64,000 bases of DNA, taken from Hydrurus foetidus. Taxonomy: Eukaryota. The translations under genes and the position numbers were made by a program. Positions 48,661 through 63,129 of the stretch are shown piece by piece; the first letter of the stretch is position 1; each line of letters begins with the position of its first letter. Where the stretch lies: positions 1 to 64,000 of the forward strand of contig UYFQ01000611.1 in the NCBI GenBank assembly GCA_900617105.1, given 5' to 3'. The notes below the pieces were generated by a model. The model was not told the DNA's origin. It did no database searches and was given only the letters and a program-made list of their open reading frames with translations.

Positions 48661-50799
48661 ATGCAGGCACAGGCTGAGGCCAATGGTCCACCACTGGGAA
48701 CACAAACTTTTCGGTGATTTTTACCAGGTCCCCCTGCAAAGATACCTACATCATCTCCTAACTTATGCATTTTCTACAGGCTTATAGAAGATCTGCAGTC
48801 ACTCGGAATAAACGTGTCAGATATAAAGAAACTGCAGGATGCTGGACTGCACACAATAGGAGGTCTCTCAGTTTCTACATCATCATCAATTTCTGTTCTC
48901 AAAAAAGACTAGTAATTTTCAAACATTCACTACCAGCTGTATTACAGGCATCAACGAGGGACTTAATCGCCATCAAAGGGCTTTCTGATGTCAAAGTTGA
49001 GAAGGTTTGAATAGTTTTCATCATTCCAGTAGCACTTGCAGAGGCATCTTCATCGACATTTCGCTATTGATACTCTGCTAGATTCGTGAGGTCGCCAAAA
49101 AGTTGGATTGCAGAGGGAATCAGTTCAAGTCAGGACTTGAAGTGAAGGAAAAAAGAAGATCCATAATCAGTTTGACCACGGGCTCAACACAGTTAGACAA
49201 GATATTGGGTGGAGGTGTCGAAACAGGCTCGATCACAGAGTTATTCGGAGAATTTAGGACAGGTAAATATCTTGCTATAATATTAAAATCGTTCCTTTTA
49301 CATGCAGTAAATTACGCTGCTGATCTCATACACTATTGAATACCAGGCAAGACTCAACTGGCGCACACTTTGTGTGTCACCAGTCAACTTTCTTTTGAGA
49401 TGAGTGGGGGACAGGGCAAAGTCATTTACATGGACACAGAAGGTATCGGGAAACAGTTAAGTATTGATTGAATAGACATCTGATTCTTTCAAAAAGGGAA
49501 TTTCCTTCTAATGAATCACGGACATTATTTTCACAGGCAACTTTAGGCCCGAGAGAATAGAAGCCATCGCTGAGCGATATGGATTGGGTAAAATACAATT
49601 CTAGAATATTAATTGTCTGCACTGCTAGCAAATGTTCTCTGTAAAGGGGAGAGACAATAGTTGATTACAGAAAATAAAAACGCCTATTTGGATTTATGCT
49701 TATGCAGATGCTGAGCAGACGCTGGACAACATCATCATCTGTCGGGTGTTTTCGCATGAAGAACAAATGGGTAAGTCACTCGCCCTACTACCACATACAC
49801 TCCAATCCACTCCTATCACTCCCCTTAACTACATTGCCCTATATGCGACCCACCAATATTAGAGATAGTTAAGCCCATAGCGGCTTTACTGGCTGATGCA
49901 GAGCAGGGTCCGTTTCGACTGCTGATAATCGACAGTATAATCGCTCTGTTCAGAGTGGAGTTCAGTGGGAGAGGGGAATTGTCTGAGAGACAGCAAAAAC
50001 TTGGACAGCATTTATCGGTCAGTCCCTGTCACTGTTATTTGCGAGGAGACTCAACGTGATTGAATGAGAGTACATGACAAGTCCATTCATTCATTGACAT
50101 TCAGCGCCAGAGAGCTCTTCAAATGTTATCATCTGCAGCTCACATCTCTTCGTCCCAACTAATCCACCTTTGTGTTTGTGACGCAGCATCTTGTTCGCAT
50201 AGCTGAGGAGTTCAACATCGCTGTTGTGGTCATCAACCAGTGCATGGCAGATCCAGGTATAGTGCAGTACAATACAGTACACTAAATACTAAAATACCAC
50301 TCCACACCGACAAGCTGTGTGAAGGGAAGTGAAGGGGATGCCTGCATCTTCCCAATACGTACTACATCACTGTGCGCTTGAACCTCTGATGTCCTCTGTT
50401 CACACTGCCATTATTCATATTACTCCCTAGGTGCTCTGTCCATGTTTGGACCTGTGGTGAAGCCTGTTGGTGGTCATGTACTGGCACACGCATCAACGAC
50501 TCGAGTCATGCTCAAGAAGGGAAAGGGAGATCAGAGAATCGCAAAGATATTCGACAGGTGCCTATCTGTCTCTCCCATCCTTCCTTCCTTGCCATTGATT
50601 TCGCTATACACCATTGTCATCAGCATAGATAGATGCGTACCAGATACCACCATATGCACATGCATGACATGACGTACTCAGCGATTTAGTGACGTCATCT
50701 CCTTCTATTCATCGTCCTATCGCACCTCTCAGCCCCTTGATGCCCGAAGGAGAAGCCACCTTTGTGATCACAGGGGGAGGCATCGATGACGTGGCGTAG
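48661..50799 (+). CDS. DMC1: Meiosis-specific recombinase DMC1, about 11 small exons
   Basis: [54 protein letters not shown], and the DMC1-type signatures [15 protein letters not shown] and [12 protein letters not shown] (RAD51 typically has GGNIIAHAS). Ends [12 protein letters not shown]...*. Confidence 0.92.
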
Positions 50800-51823
50800 G
50801 GCCACGTTGAGACGGATGGAGTAGCAGGTGTTCGAAGAGTTGGGAGTGGGATGAGACATATCAATATCAGCAGTGAGGTCCTCTAGGATAAGTGAGCCAC
50901 CGAAATGCCACGTTCATGCACAAGTGCTATCGAATCATATTTAAAAGAATTCTCCTCCCCATAAGTGTCCTGTCGCCTGAAATAGAAACATTCTAATGGT
51001 GTGTGATTTCAATTCTCTCTAATCTTTCTTGTTGCAATTTTAGTCAAGACAATTATCAAAACTAGCAGTTCCAAAGAGAGAATATTTTTGTTGTAGAATG
51101 TGGTTTTGTCTGAACGTATTATTAATTCAATGCGACTGGTTGGTACAGTACAGTGCAGCCACGTAACGTTCAGTGCATTACAGTGCTACGGATGAAATGG
51201 AATGTGCAGTGTAAGAGGACTAGTGGCTAACCGTGATAGGGTGAGTGGTGGCATATGCAAACATATCGACAAAATGGAACAAACGCAATTTGAAAAAATT
51301 CTTCGCAGTATGAGAATAAAAATGCAGGTGGATCACTTCGCTTAGATGCAAGTGAAACTGAGCAGTCAATTCATCTCCTGGATGATTGACATTTGAGTGA
51401 TATGCCATCGAGCAGAGAGAGATGATAGGTATGACACCACTTAATACTTATTCTGTCGGCAGAAATAATCAGATGGACTGTTTTATTGCGGAATAATTTC
51501 CATCAAATGGAAAACCAGTTCGTACGATTCTCAAAACGTCCGTGAATTTCGTACGTACGCACGATCTAGAGGTCAACATGCCAAATGACTGCCCTTCATG
51601 AAGATTATGGAGCTGTCAGCTTTTCAGAATGTGACCAAAGGTTCTGGCATCAATAAATCAGATCGGATCGAATGGCATCAAATCGGATGTAAGATAGTCA
51701 AGTTCTCGACTCCTTCCAAGATCAGGCGTCACCTAATAATGGACCTTCTCACTTACTACTGCCAACGGAGTTTTACTAGTATGGGACTACTGCAACTAAT
51801 GCAGCTGACTGATGCACTTTTCA

Positions 51824-54772
51824 TCAACTTGAAGAGTGAGATTGAGATTGAAGTTGAGATTGAGTTGGAATCTTAGTTCCAAGTACTCTAGGTGCTATTC
51901 TTTTTCGAGTGCCTGATTCAGACCGACCTGATAAAAGGGACCCAGACAATTGCTGCTGCTGCTGCTGCTGCTGCTGTGTATCTTGTTGACTAATACTCAA
52001 TTCATGTTGTGTTTCTTGTTGACCATCTGTTGATGTGTTGTTGGGCTGTGTGATAGGCGTTGCTGTTACTGTGTGAGTGTTTATGTCAGTGACTGAGTGT
52101 TTGCTATTCTGGGTGTTCACCTGAAGTGCCTCTAATATTGCTGATGGCTGAGAGGACGATAAATCCAATAAATTGATATAACTTTCTAGAGTAGCAACAT
52201 TGTCACAATGCAACACTGGTATTGCTGTAGTCAGCTTGAAGCCACCATCTCTCACTCTCACACCTACTTTAATAGAAGAGAGGACGCCTTCATTGTGCAA
52301 GGATGATACAATTGGCTGTGTTGAAGATGACGGCACAGACACAATTTCATCTACATCTACATGCACAGCTGCTACTGATTTCGAAGCATGGTGGCAAAGG
52401 GCTGAGGATAAGGCGCTTGTCACTGATGATGCCACAGAGGAGGAGGAAGAGGAATGGGAGGAGGAGGAAGAGGAATGGGAGAAGGAAGAGAAGGAGGAAG
52501 AGGAAGGGTGAGAGGAGGAAGAGGAAGAAGAGAGAGAGGAGGAGGGGTGGGAGGGCTTGTGCTGCATTGATTTGCTCTTCATGCTGGACCGAGTGCTGAT
52601 CCACTCCTCGTCCTCCTCATCCCTATTACTATCTTTATATTCTCCGTGACTATCCTCTTCATCCCCTCCCTCACTACCACCACAATTACTCCCTCTTCCT
52701 CCTCCACTACCTCTTCCTTCTGCAATCACACCCATATCCTGAGAGGTGCGGTGAGTGTACCCCCGACCCCGCCCCCCGTCTCGGACCCGGCCGGTCCTAG
52801 CTCCTTCTGATGGACGTGTCATGGCAGCTGAAGATACAGCAAACTCCTCACGTTGATGCGACTGTGATACTTTAGTATTAGTGGTAGGTGCTACTTGCAG
52901 TGAGGGTGAGGATGCGCCTTGACGCGCTCTACTAGAATTGTCTTGTTCCTCTTCCTCTCCCTCTTTTTCTGGCATAATCGATGCTGTTTCTGTCCCTCTT
53001 GAGGAGGACTTTGCACTCGCACTCGCACTCCCAGAGTTACATGGCATCACTACTGATGCCTCACTTGAAGACGAAACAAAAGGGGTAGCAAAGGGAAGGG
53101 GAAGAGCACTTAATGTCACTGTGCACTGTGCCGCTTCTTTGTCCAAGAATGCGAGAACTTGGCCCAGCTCAGAGGGAGATTCCAGATTTTCCTCCCTGCC
53201 GCACGCACGCGCATCTGAACGCACAGTACAGTACAGTACAGTACAGTACGGTACGACACAATTAAGAAGTGCGTTATTTAATAGTACTTCGTGGTATAGA
53301 TGGTGTAGTGACAATAATAAATAATATTAGTACGTGTGCGGCACAATTGAAAGGCACGTCATTCAAGGAGGTATGAGGTGGGATGACAATTATGTAGTAC
53401 AGCGTGATGCAGACATACGTGATTTCAAAGACTACTAGGTGCAGGACATCACAGTAATAAATGCAACGGAGTACTGCGCGGATGTGACTGCTATTCCTAT
53501 CTTCGTAAGTGACACTTGCACTAACATCCGATTCAGCACTTGATATCATCTATCACGTAACCATCCGATCTTACCTAGATCTTTCTCTATCTGCTCTAGA
53601 ACAAAATCCAGACTTTCGTCAGAGAACAGTCCGCAGCCGTTTATATCGTAGACTGATGCTTGTTCTGTTGTTCCTGCTGAGTGTGTGGGTGAGTTGAAGC
53701 AATTTGTAAGAGAGAGAATTTGGTGGAAAATATTGACAAATAGAAATTGATGGAGGGATACACGATAGAGATAATGAAATGAAACAGGACATGTTAGCTC
53801 CACAAAGGAGAAGCATGTTCTTCACGCAGTATAATACTCTTCGATTTCGCCGTATGGATAGCAGAAAGATGAAATTATAAGATAAATTTGGCACATCTTG
53901 CTCCTCATTTAAATGCTCGCAATATATTTCGTGATACCTTCAGTGATGTCCTGACTCTCTATTCCGTTGATATCGGTGCTGAAGCTTGCAGTCGAGGGCA
54001 TTATTCCTTTGAATAGAATCCATGAATAATCGGTAGAAAAGTGGGGCATCAATTGAAATCAACATTTCAGACTAATCTTGACATACTTTACAATAAACGA
54101 ATTACACCATACGAGTTGAACGAACAGCCATCACAGCCGTACAGTACGGTAGGGAATTTATACAAAACATTAAAGCACTTATGCATAGAAGCGAGAGAAT
54201 GCGATAGTTGAGTTACCTTCTGAGTCGATACTTCCTGGTAGATATCTCTGTCGGAGCTTTTCCCTCTCATTCTCTATCCAGTACACCTCTTCCATTTCAG
54301 CAGCATGTTTCATTTTACGCTCAACCTCAAACTCTTCGACTGATTTTGCCAAAGCCATGTTTGACTTCAACTGCTCCATTTCAGCGGATTCCTCAAGGGG
54401 AAGTTCACCAGACAGTGGGCATAAAGCGGCGAGGACTCTGTCAAAGATTTTCTGCTTTCTTTGACTGCTCCGTTTACTTCTGATCTCAACAACATCCATT
54501 ATGTTTGAGAAGCTCATGGAGTCTTCTATTCTAATAGCCGGGCTATCAGATGAAGAGTCCTCTTGTGTTTGTAAAAAATACTCCTCGGCATAAGCTATCC
54601 GGCACTCGCTAGAAGTGAGTTGACATGCGGATATTTTGTACTGGCTTTGAAGAGCGATAGAGACTTTCTCAAAATCAAATTGCAATCTCCTCGTCTCGCT
54701 CCGAAGCAAAGCTCGAGCCTCTTCATCCCATAGAAATTTATTCAATGCTGGCTGCGTTGCAGTCATTAGCAT
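51824..54772 (-). CDS. Hypothetical multi-exon protein with a low-complexity S/Q-rich C-terminus
   Basis: ORF 54179..54835 (first ATG 54772) and ORF 51824..53314 can be linked through short exons near 53900-54000 and 53555-53686. No family recognised. Confidence 0.6.
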
Positions 54773-55380
54773 AAGTGAAGTGACAATCTTGCAAGAAACT
54801 ATCTGAAGAAATTTCCCCAAGACGATGATAATCACTTCTTCCTTGCTTGATGAAATTCCAACACCATTAATTTGAATTGCTGTACAGCGCCAGCTACGAA
54901 AGTGTGTAATATTCTCAGCTACCGCTCACAAGTCACACACTATGACTCGGAACTACTGTAAACAAACGCTTGTAAACTCTGAACTGGTCGACCTCAATTC
55001 TTCCAGAGTTGACAGTTGAGGTGAGAGTTGAGCTCTGAGCTGAAAAGTGAAAAGCACCAAAGCACCGTAAACCCCCAGTTTTAATTTTTTTTATAAAAAA
55101 CCCAGCAAAAAGTGGGAAAGTTGGTCTAACTTTACCCCACATTTGGCTATTTTTGACCAAGATTTCTGTCTGTCCTGTGCTGGCGTCTAACTTCGAGTAC
55201 TGAATGGAGGTTCAGACTTTAAATACACGACATCAAGTTCTGGACGTAGTCATCACCATCACATCTTGGTACTTGATAGTACTACTCTGATTCTGAGCCG
55301 CTTTCAAAGGGGTTGTAGATGATACTGGCGCGCTCACAGAATTACAGTGGGAATCAGTTTCCGAGTAGAGTAAGTTACAG

Positions 55381-58300
55381 ATGAAATCCATGAAGAACAC
55401 TCAGCGCAGTAGCAGTAGCTTCAGTGCTGCTGCTCAATCTGAACCTGATTTCAGGCTAGTCATTGAGGGCATGATGTGTCAGAAGAATTGCGGGACAACT
55501 GTTGAGGTGTCAATCCGCTCTGTTGATGGCGTGAAGAAAGTGCTGGTGAATTTTCAGCAAAAAGAAGGCCTCGTATGGGGTGATGTTTCATCAGAGGAAC
55601 TTGTTGATGCGGTTGAATGTGTCGGATTCGATGTCACGAGTGTAGTTGATTGCAGAGCTGACTGCAACATCGACGAATCATCCAATCTCATCAATATTAA
55701 AGAGACCAAAAGAGCTCATGACATTATAAAACAGAAAGTTCAAGAAAGCTGCCATTCAACAATTGAGGACAGTCGCAAGCTTTCATTAATGGACGTCAAA
55801 GTCAGTGGGATGTCTTCAACCTCTTGTGTTCGATTACTCGAGAACAGTCTGTTAGGAATAAGTGGTGTCGAGTCAGTACAAGTTGCACTCCTAGCAGAGA
55901 ACGCTGAGATCATATTCGACCCTCAGGCAATAAGCCCCGAACAAGTAATCGCTGTGATCTTAAAATCTGGATATCAGGGAAAAGTAGTCAGAGTTCGAGC
56001 GTATGGTAAGTAACGTGTGCTACGCTCTTTTCTCTATTTTAAGTAGTGAGAAATCTCTTCCTTATTAGCGGGCTCTCACAGTGTCATGCAAACTTCATTG
56101 CGAATCACAGGTAATGGGGCTGCTAAGAAGGAGTTGCTTTTTAGCGTATCAGGAATGTCTTGTGCTAATTGTGCTTTGAAAGTCGAGAAAACTCTCACTG
56201 GGAAGGTGGGAGTGATTGAGGTGGGAGTCAGCTCGATAACGAACAAGGTGGGGAGTAGTACGGACAACCTTCATTAGTAAATGCATTTTTATTTTTGATG
56301 GCAGACGGAGTTTATTAATTCGTTGTTGAATTAGTGGTTTATACTGAGCTTTTATAGCCCTCTTTATTTACACAAACTGACACATCTTTATCGCACATCT
56401 TATCATACATCCATATGATACATTTTTTCATCATCTTCTGTACCCCAGATCAATGAACTACATTAAACCAAAAGACCTATCCACACATAATTATCGATAG
56501 GCTCGTGTTCTGATAGATGACGATGTGAAGGGAGCTGTCGGTCCTAGGGATGTGTCGGATTTGGTGGAGGCGTTAGGCTTCTCTTGTGAACTGATAAGTG
56601 GAGGTGAACACCTTCTGTACATGATCTTGACAATCCGGTGCTCTTGGGTTGTGCATGAATGGGTTCAAATCGTCACCTTCAGTACAAACTATTCTTTCGT
56701 ACTGTACGGCTTTCCAGTGCTGTCCTCCTCCAATCACCTTTTACCTCCCCTCACTTCGAGCTTCTGTACCTCTTGGAACACTTGTGGCGCGATCAATCTC
56801 GAAATATCTGTCTATTCGCTCCATATCTCATATCTCATCAGTCACTAATCACCGGAGGCTAATTACGTCCTAGAATGTAAAAGCATTACAAATATTGTGC
56901 TGACAGAATAGAATATGCCCAGCATTAATTGACACGTACAAGTGCCACGTCTTCCTCTCTTTCTTAGCACGCATCGAGATGTCCGCTCCTGTCATACTGT
57001 ATCTACCACTTATCTCAACCACCTATATCAACCACACTGACCTCACTACCACACTGCACTATCTCTCTCAGGCGGTCTATCAAAGACGGGTGGTGAGCGT
57101 GATTTAGGAAGGGAAGATCTCATGGCTTGGAGTCGCCTTCTCCTCGCAGCAGTCATCCTAGGCGTTCCTGTGATGCTCCTACACATCAGCGCGATGTACT
57201 CCGCGTCCGTGCATCTGTTCGTGATGAAGCCTGCTGCTTGCAGTGGGGGCGTGACGGCTGGTCAGATGATCATGGTGCTGCTCAATGTCCCCCTTCAGTT
57301 TGGGGTGGGGTATCGATTCTACAGATCTGCGCTGCTAGGTAGTACAGAGGAATCCACTACCCATACTTCTCTACTACACTACACTATACTGTACTATACT
57401 GTATTCCCCTATACTACGCTGTGTTCTACAATACCATACTGCACTATACTATGTACTGTGTGACAAAGTATTCTATACTGACAATATTATGTACTATACT
57501 GTAGTCTACTGCACTATGCCATACTACAATTGTACTGCACTGCACTGTACTGTATAGTGGTTTGGAGTATCACACTGCCTTACTCTGCTGTATCTTACAG
57601 CAGTCTTTCTCTTCCTTTTTTGGTACCTTTTTCTGTTTTTGTTACTTGTCGTTGAATAGTTATACTATCGTCTCATTTTCTTCTTTCCTCTTCTCCCCTC
57701 ATCTCTTTGTCTTCTCTGCTCTTGGCCTCTCCTCTCCACTCCTCTCTTCTCTTCCTTTCCTCTCTCCTTGTCACTCGTCCTAGGTGCTCTTCACGGCAGC
57801 TTTGGTATGGACTGCTTAGTAGTCACCGGTACCACTGTCACATTCTTCTACAGCTGCGTTCAACTCACCCGTGCCTGTCAGACAGGGGAACCCACTAAAC
57901 ACGTTTTCTTCGAAGCATCCGGAATGCTTCTCATGTTCGTCACGTTCGGGAAGTATCTAGAGGCGTATGCGAAGGGCAAGACAGTGTCAGCTATCACTAA
58001 GCTGTTGGAGATGCAACCTAGTCACGCATTGCTGGTTGTAAGTAGCGACAGTCTGGGAAGATCTGCTTCATCAGCAAACACGGACACGGACAGGGACAGA
58101 AACGGGGAGAGGGAGAGAGAGAATGGGTTGATGAGCAGTTCGTCAGCCTTCACCTCCATCCCTATCTCCGTCTCTACCTCTGTCTCTACCTCTATTCAAC
58201 AGTCCACATCCACTCCAGCAACGTCACACCCTGTCCCATCCTCACACAATCCCCGTAACTACGGCTCCACCTCACCCATGCTGCCAGTAGACCGAATCGT

Positions 58301-61300
58301 AACGAAAGAGAAGGAGTGTTCTGACAGAACGAAGAATGGCGACTCGCCCATGCCGTATCAGAGATCCATCCCTCCTCTAGTATCTCCTGCAACAGCTGCT
58401 TCTGTGACCACTCCTTCTTCTTCTTCATGTTTTGTGACTCCTTCGTTTGGACCGGATAAGCGGTCACACCCTAACAACATATCTGCAGGTGAACGATAGA
58501 CGAAGTAGATACCTCCGTACACACATCTCCAAGAACATTCCGCTTCCCATTTCTTCTATCCTTCAAATACCGAACTATTGTCTTGTCTTCATATTTTAAC
58601 TATGTCCAATCCCACAGGAGAAGTACTAAAAGAAATCCTAGTAGACCTAGTGCAAAAAGGGGACGTTTTAAAAATCCTCCCAGGTGCCCGTATACCGACA
58701 GACGGCTTTATTTTAGCGGGTACGGCTTTCATAGACGAGTCCATGATAACAGGAGAGTCGGTGCCTACGTTGCACGTGCAGGGAGATGCCGTGTTTGGCT
58801 CGACTGTAAATCAGCAGAGCACAATTTATGTCAACGCAACAGCCATAGGATCGGAGGTGAATGTTAAATGTAATGTCTGCGTGTGCAGAGGGGAACACAC
58901 AATGTACTAGATCTTTTGGTGGAGCATTCTTGTTCAGTATGTCCGTGCGACTCTTACAGTGCACTGTTCATTACGCACTGATTGCCTTGTAACACATACA
59001 AACAACTGATCATTCGTTGCGTCATTATCATCCTCTTTCCTTTTCTTCCGCCTGGCACCACACACTCCCAACCCCACCTCTACCGTTATTGTCATCCCTC
59101 TAAGAATATTCTCCAAATTCTGTTTCTGCACACCATCAACATTCATCTAATAACATCCTCACGCATATCTCCGTTCTCACCTGACAACATCCTCACGCTT
59201 ATCCTCACCTAATAACACTCCTCATCCCATCCCTCTTCTCACCTCACAACGTCCTCACCTCATCACCATCCCAACTATAGGGAGCCCTCGCTCAGATAGT
59301 GCGTATGGTGGAGAGTGCACAGATGAGCAAGGCTCCTGTTCAGGCGTATGCGGATCGGATCGCTGGGGTCTTTACACCGTTTGTATTGTGTCTTTCTCTG
59401 ATGACTTTTGTTGTATGGGCTATGCTGGCCTGGATGCACAGGTGAGAGATGGAGGGATGATGATGATGATGGTGATATAAAAATGGAGGGAGGGATGAGA
59501 GGGCGAGTGGAGGGAGGAGTGGATGGATAGATGGATGGGATAGTGACGATGATGACTTTCAGGGTGAGAGGGACAGTGCCAATGATGGTAACTGTGAGAA
59601 CGAGAGTGAGAGTTGAGTGATGATGATAGTACAAGTGATGTTAAGGACATAAGTGACGACAAAATGAAAATGAAGTTTTGAGGAAATAGCATAGGGAGGA
59701 GGAGAGTGGTATTGAGACTAACAGCTTGAGGCGCTTCCCTTCCCTTCCCTTCCCCGCTGATTGTCCTGCAATACTTTATCTTTCTTTGTTTCTCGACTGC
59801 ATTTCTAAATCTCGAAACAATTTTTGCCCTCGACACGTCAAATTGTTAAAAAAGAGAAGTACCGTAATTGTATACATCAAATGATATCACCACTAATCGA
59901 GATGAAAGCACGCTGCACAGTATCATATCACGATATATCACACAACACTGTCTATGGCGTTATCCTGAGCATAGATTGACACCCACTTCACTGATCACGA
60001 TCCAATCACATAACACAATTAATAAATTGCATCATGTTGTACGTCAGAATTCCTCGTGAATGGTTCGCTGATGAATACGGAGACCCACTACTATTCGCCA
60101 TGCTCTTCGCTATCAGCGTGGTAGTCATCTCCTGTCCGTGTGCCCTCGGTCTGGCAACGCCTACAGCTATCATGGTGGGTACTTCTGTAGGGGCGTTTAA
60201 CGGTATCTTGATAAAAGGAGGGAGTGCATTCGAAATGGCGCATAAAATAGACACCGTCATATTCGACAAGACAGGCACTTTAACAGTAGGCAAACCTACC
60301 GTCACAGATGAAGTGTTGTGCGGTCAACCAGTGACAGGTGTCAACAGTATAAGCGAAGAGTCAAGGAGGGAAAGCAAGATCAACCGCATGGTTCGTCTTG
60401 CTGCTACAGCAGAGCAAGGTAGTGAACATCCCCTCGCATCGGCAGTGCTTGCAGCGGCCAAGAGAAGGGGACTAGTGTTGGAGCAAGTACCTCCTTCTTC
60501 TATCGAGATATTCCCTGGGTGTGGCGTGTTATGCAGGACGATAGAGGGGGAGGTGTTGGTGGGCAACAGGTGAGGAGGAAGCACATTGATGTTAGCTGAA
60601 GGCACGTTATTTGTTGCTGATCTGATCTGATCTGATCCACTTTGATTTTATGTAAGACCCACAGCTATAAACGACAATGCACTCACACTTTACAGTCAGT
60701 GTGTGGATTGTCGTTTATAACTGTGGGTCCAGCATAAAATCAAAGTGGATCAGGTCATTTTGAAAGCACGCGCTTTGAACTCGAGTTGGGAAGTGACGTA
60801 CTCGCTGTGACCCTACTCTGTGTCTGATCACGAGATGACCTTGACATTTCGATTTTATTATACACGACATTTCAGTATGCGCTGATATGAATACGTACTC
60901 TTAGATTGTCACCGACATACATCATATCGCATCACATGACACTGTCATATCATGGAGATGGACAGAGACATATTGTGAGATGAGAGTAGAGTAGAGTAGA
61001 GTAGAATAGAGTAGAGTAGAGTAGAGTAGAGTAGAGTAGAGTTGCTTTTCTCGTTACATCAGATGCCTTTTCCTAACTCACACATTTCACCCTATTTGTA
61101 ATCCCACATTTCATGACGTAATCAGCTTGTACTGCATCATAGCCTCATCACATATATGTGAATATCTCTGACTGACCAAACATCCTTATCCCCAGGGAAT
61201 TCATGTTGTCCCATTCCATCCCTTTGGGGTCGATAGTTGACTCTTCTATGTGGAATATTGAAGTACAGGGCAAGACCGCTGTGTGTGTGGCGTTCAGTGG

Positions 61301-62189
61301 GGAGGTATTGGGTGTGTTAGGTGTCGCCGATGTGCCCAAACAAGAAGCCTTCTCAGCGGTTACAGCGTTGAGGAGTATGGGACTGGATGTGTGGATGGTT
61401 ACAGGGGACAACAAAACAACAGCAGAAGCAATTGCTGAGGAGTTTAATATCCCTAAAGACAGGGTAGTGTCTGGTGCGATGCCGCAGGACAAGGTGAAGA
61501 AGGTGAAGGAGCTACAGAGCATGGGACGGGCTGTAGCTATGGTGGGGGACGGTGTTAATGACTCGCCTGCTCTTGTTAGTGCTGACCTTGGCATTGCTTT
61601 AGGGGCCGGCACGCACGTGGCAGTCGAGGCTGCCGACATGGTGTTAGTGCGCAGCAACCTGATGGACGTGGCAGTTGCACTCGATCTCGCAAAGGTCGTG
61701 CTCAGAAGAATAAAATTGAACTTTTTCTTCGCTCTGATGTACAACGTACTAGCTATACCGTTCGCTGCAGGAGTGTGGTTTCCTTACACACACATGCAAG
61801 TGCCTCCTCAATATGCAGGACTGAGTATGGCTATGTCATCCATCTCTGTCGTAGCTTCTTCTATGGCACTTAGGTTCTACAGACGTCCCTCTTTTTTAGA
61901 AACATCCGTTGGCAAGAACAGAGGTGAGGGGGGTGGAGAAGGGGATAAAGATGGGGAGAGGGAGGGGGTGATAGGTGTTGCTCGAAGTAGCGGCACCTTC
62001 AACAGCACGAAGAGGAGACTCGATGTGTGGGGCACTGCTTGGTTTAGAGACGTATTCGGAGGGAGGAGAGGTGGGTATAGGGGGGCGAAGTACAGTCCAC
62101 TGAGTAGCAATGAGAACGGATATTTGGAAGAGGGCATGTCAGAGACGGGTCTGATGATACCGCAAGACAGGGACAGAGAGAGGGAGTGA
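55381..62189 (+). CDS. P1B-1 copper-transporting ATPase (ATP7/HMA5/RAN1-like), multi-exon
   Basis: HMA motifs [15 protein letters not shown] and [65 protein letters not shown]...P and MAMSS. Confidence 0.95.
60628..60757. other. Near-perfect foldback of about 130 nt in a Cu-ATPase intron
   Basis: Arms tgatccactttgattttatg/cataaaatcaaagtggatca, gacccacag/ctgtgggtc and tataaacgacaat/attgtcgtttata. Confidence 0.85.
60984..61042. repeat. (GAGTA)n microsatellite (intronic)
   Basis: Read directly from the sequence. Confidence 0.9.
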
Positions 62190-63129
62190 GGAAGGGAGTG
62201 GGGCGATACTTTTCAATTCTCAACCAGTCAACAGCCCATTTAATTCAAATTACAATCCATCTCATTTGGGCAGTACGCTTGCTCTTTACCTCTTCCGTCC
62301 ACGCTATCGATCGTCTCAGTGACTGCTTTCTAATAGTGCAAAACATGACAGAAATCTATTTTGGTCGACGTTTCACCCATCACCTCTAGTCTCATATTCT
62401 CTCGTCCATCTACTCTTTATCTGGATCGTTGCACATTTATTGTTCTGTCGCGTGTTTTTAGTATTTACCATCTCGTCAGTTTTCTTTCAAGTGATAGTCA
62501 TTTATTGCGAGAAATTGATTTCTGTCGATCTTCATAGCTGCGTGGTAGACTGCCCAGCAACTGGTTATTCGTTACATGTTCCTCACTGCTCTCCTCTCTT
62601 GTGTCGTCCTCATAGCCAATATGCCTATGTAGTGAAGACAGCTAGAATGCCACGTGAACGGTGTTCGATTATTTGACAACCTCTGTGTGTGATGATTCGT
62701 TCAATTCAGTGGTGCTCACCTGTACATTCCTGGCTATTCCGTGACGTGACCTCTGATAAAGATGGCTTCCTACTTCCTATACGCATTTTCCCTAATTCAT
62801 CTATTGAAGTACTATTCACAATACCAAAGTACTTGCTCTTGGTGTAAATGAACGGATCATAGGCCGCATTTATGAAATATTCATATATTGGTATGGACCG
62901 TGTGATGTTGCCACTCATTATTGGATGCCTGCCAAGGCAGGATAGGTTCTCTGGAACGAACAGTCCAGGAGCCAAAAATATCAGCGTTAATAACGGTCGT
63001 GTGAATAACCTCGATCTTTTCAAGTGTGTCACACATTGTTTAAGCATCACGGTGGATGTCAATGTCATAAATTTACTCTATCTAAATTTACGTTCTACTG
63101 TTTCAAGTCACCCGAGTTTTTAAGTAACA

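Noticed and set aside
48661..50799. RAD51 assignment
   Set aside because: The GGHVLAHAS and ERQQKL signatures favour DMC1.
20315..53324. Numerous antisense ORFs overlapping host genes (e.g. 20315..20767, 25171..25680, 36580..36975, 46800..47264)
   Set aside because: They are shadow frames of real coding or low-complexity sequence with no independent motifs.
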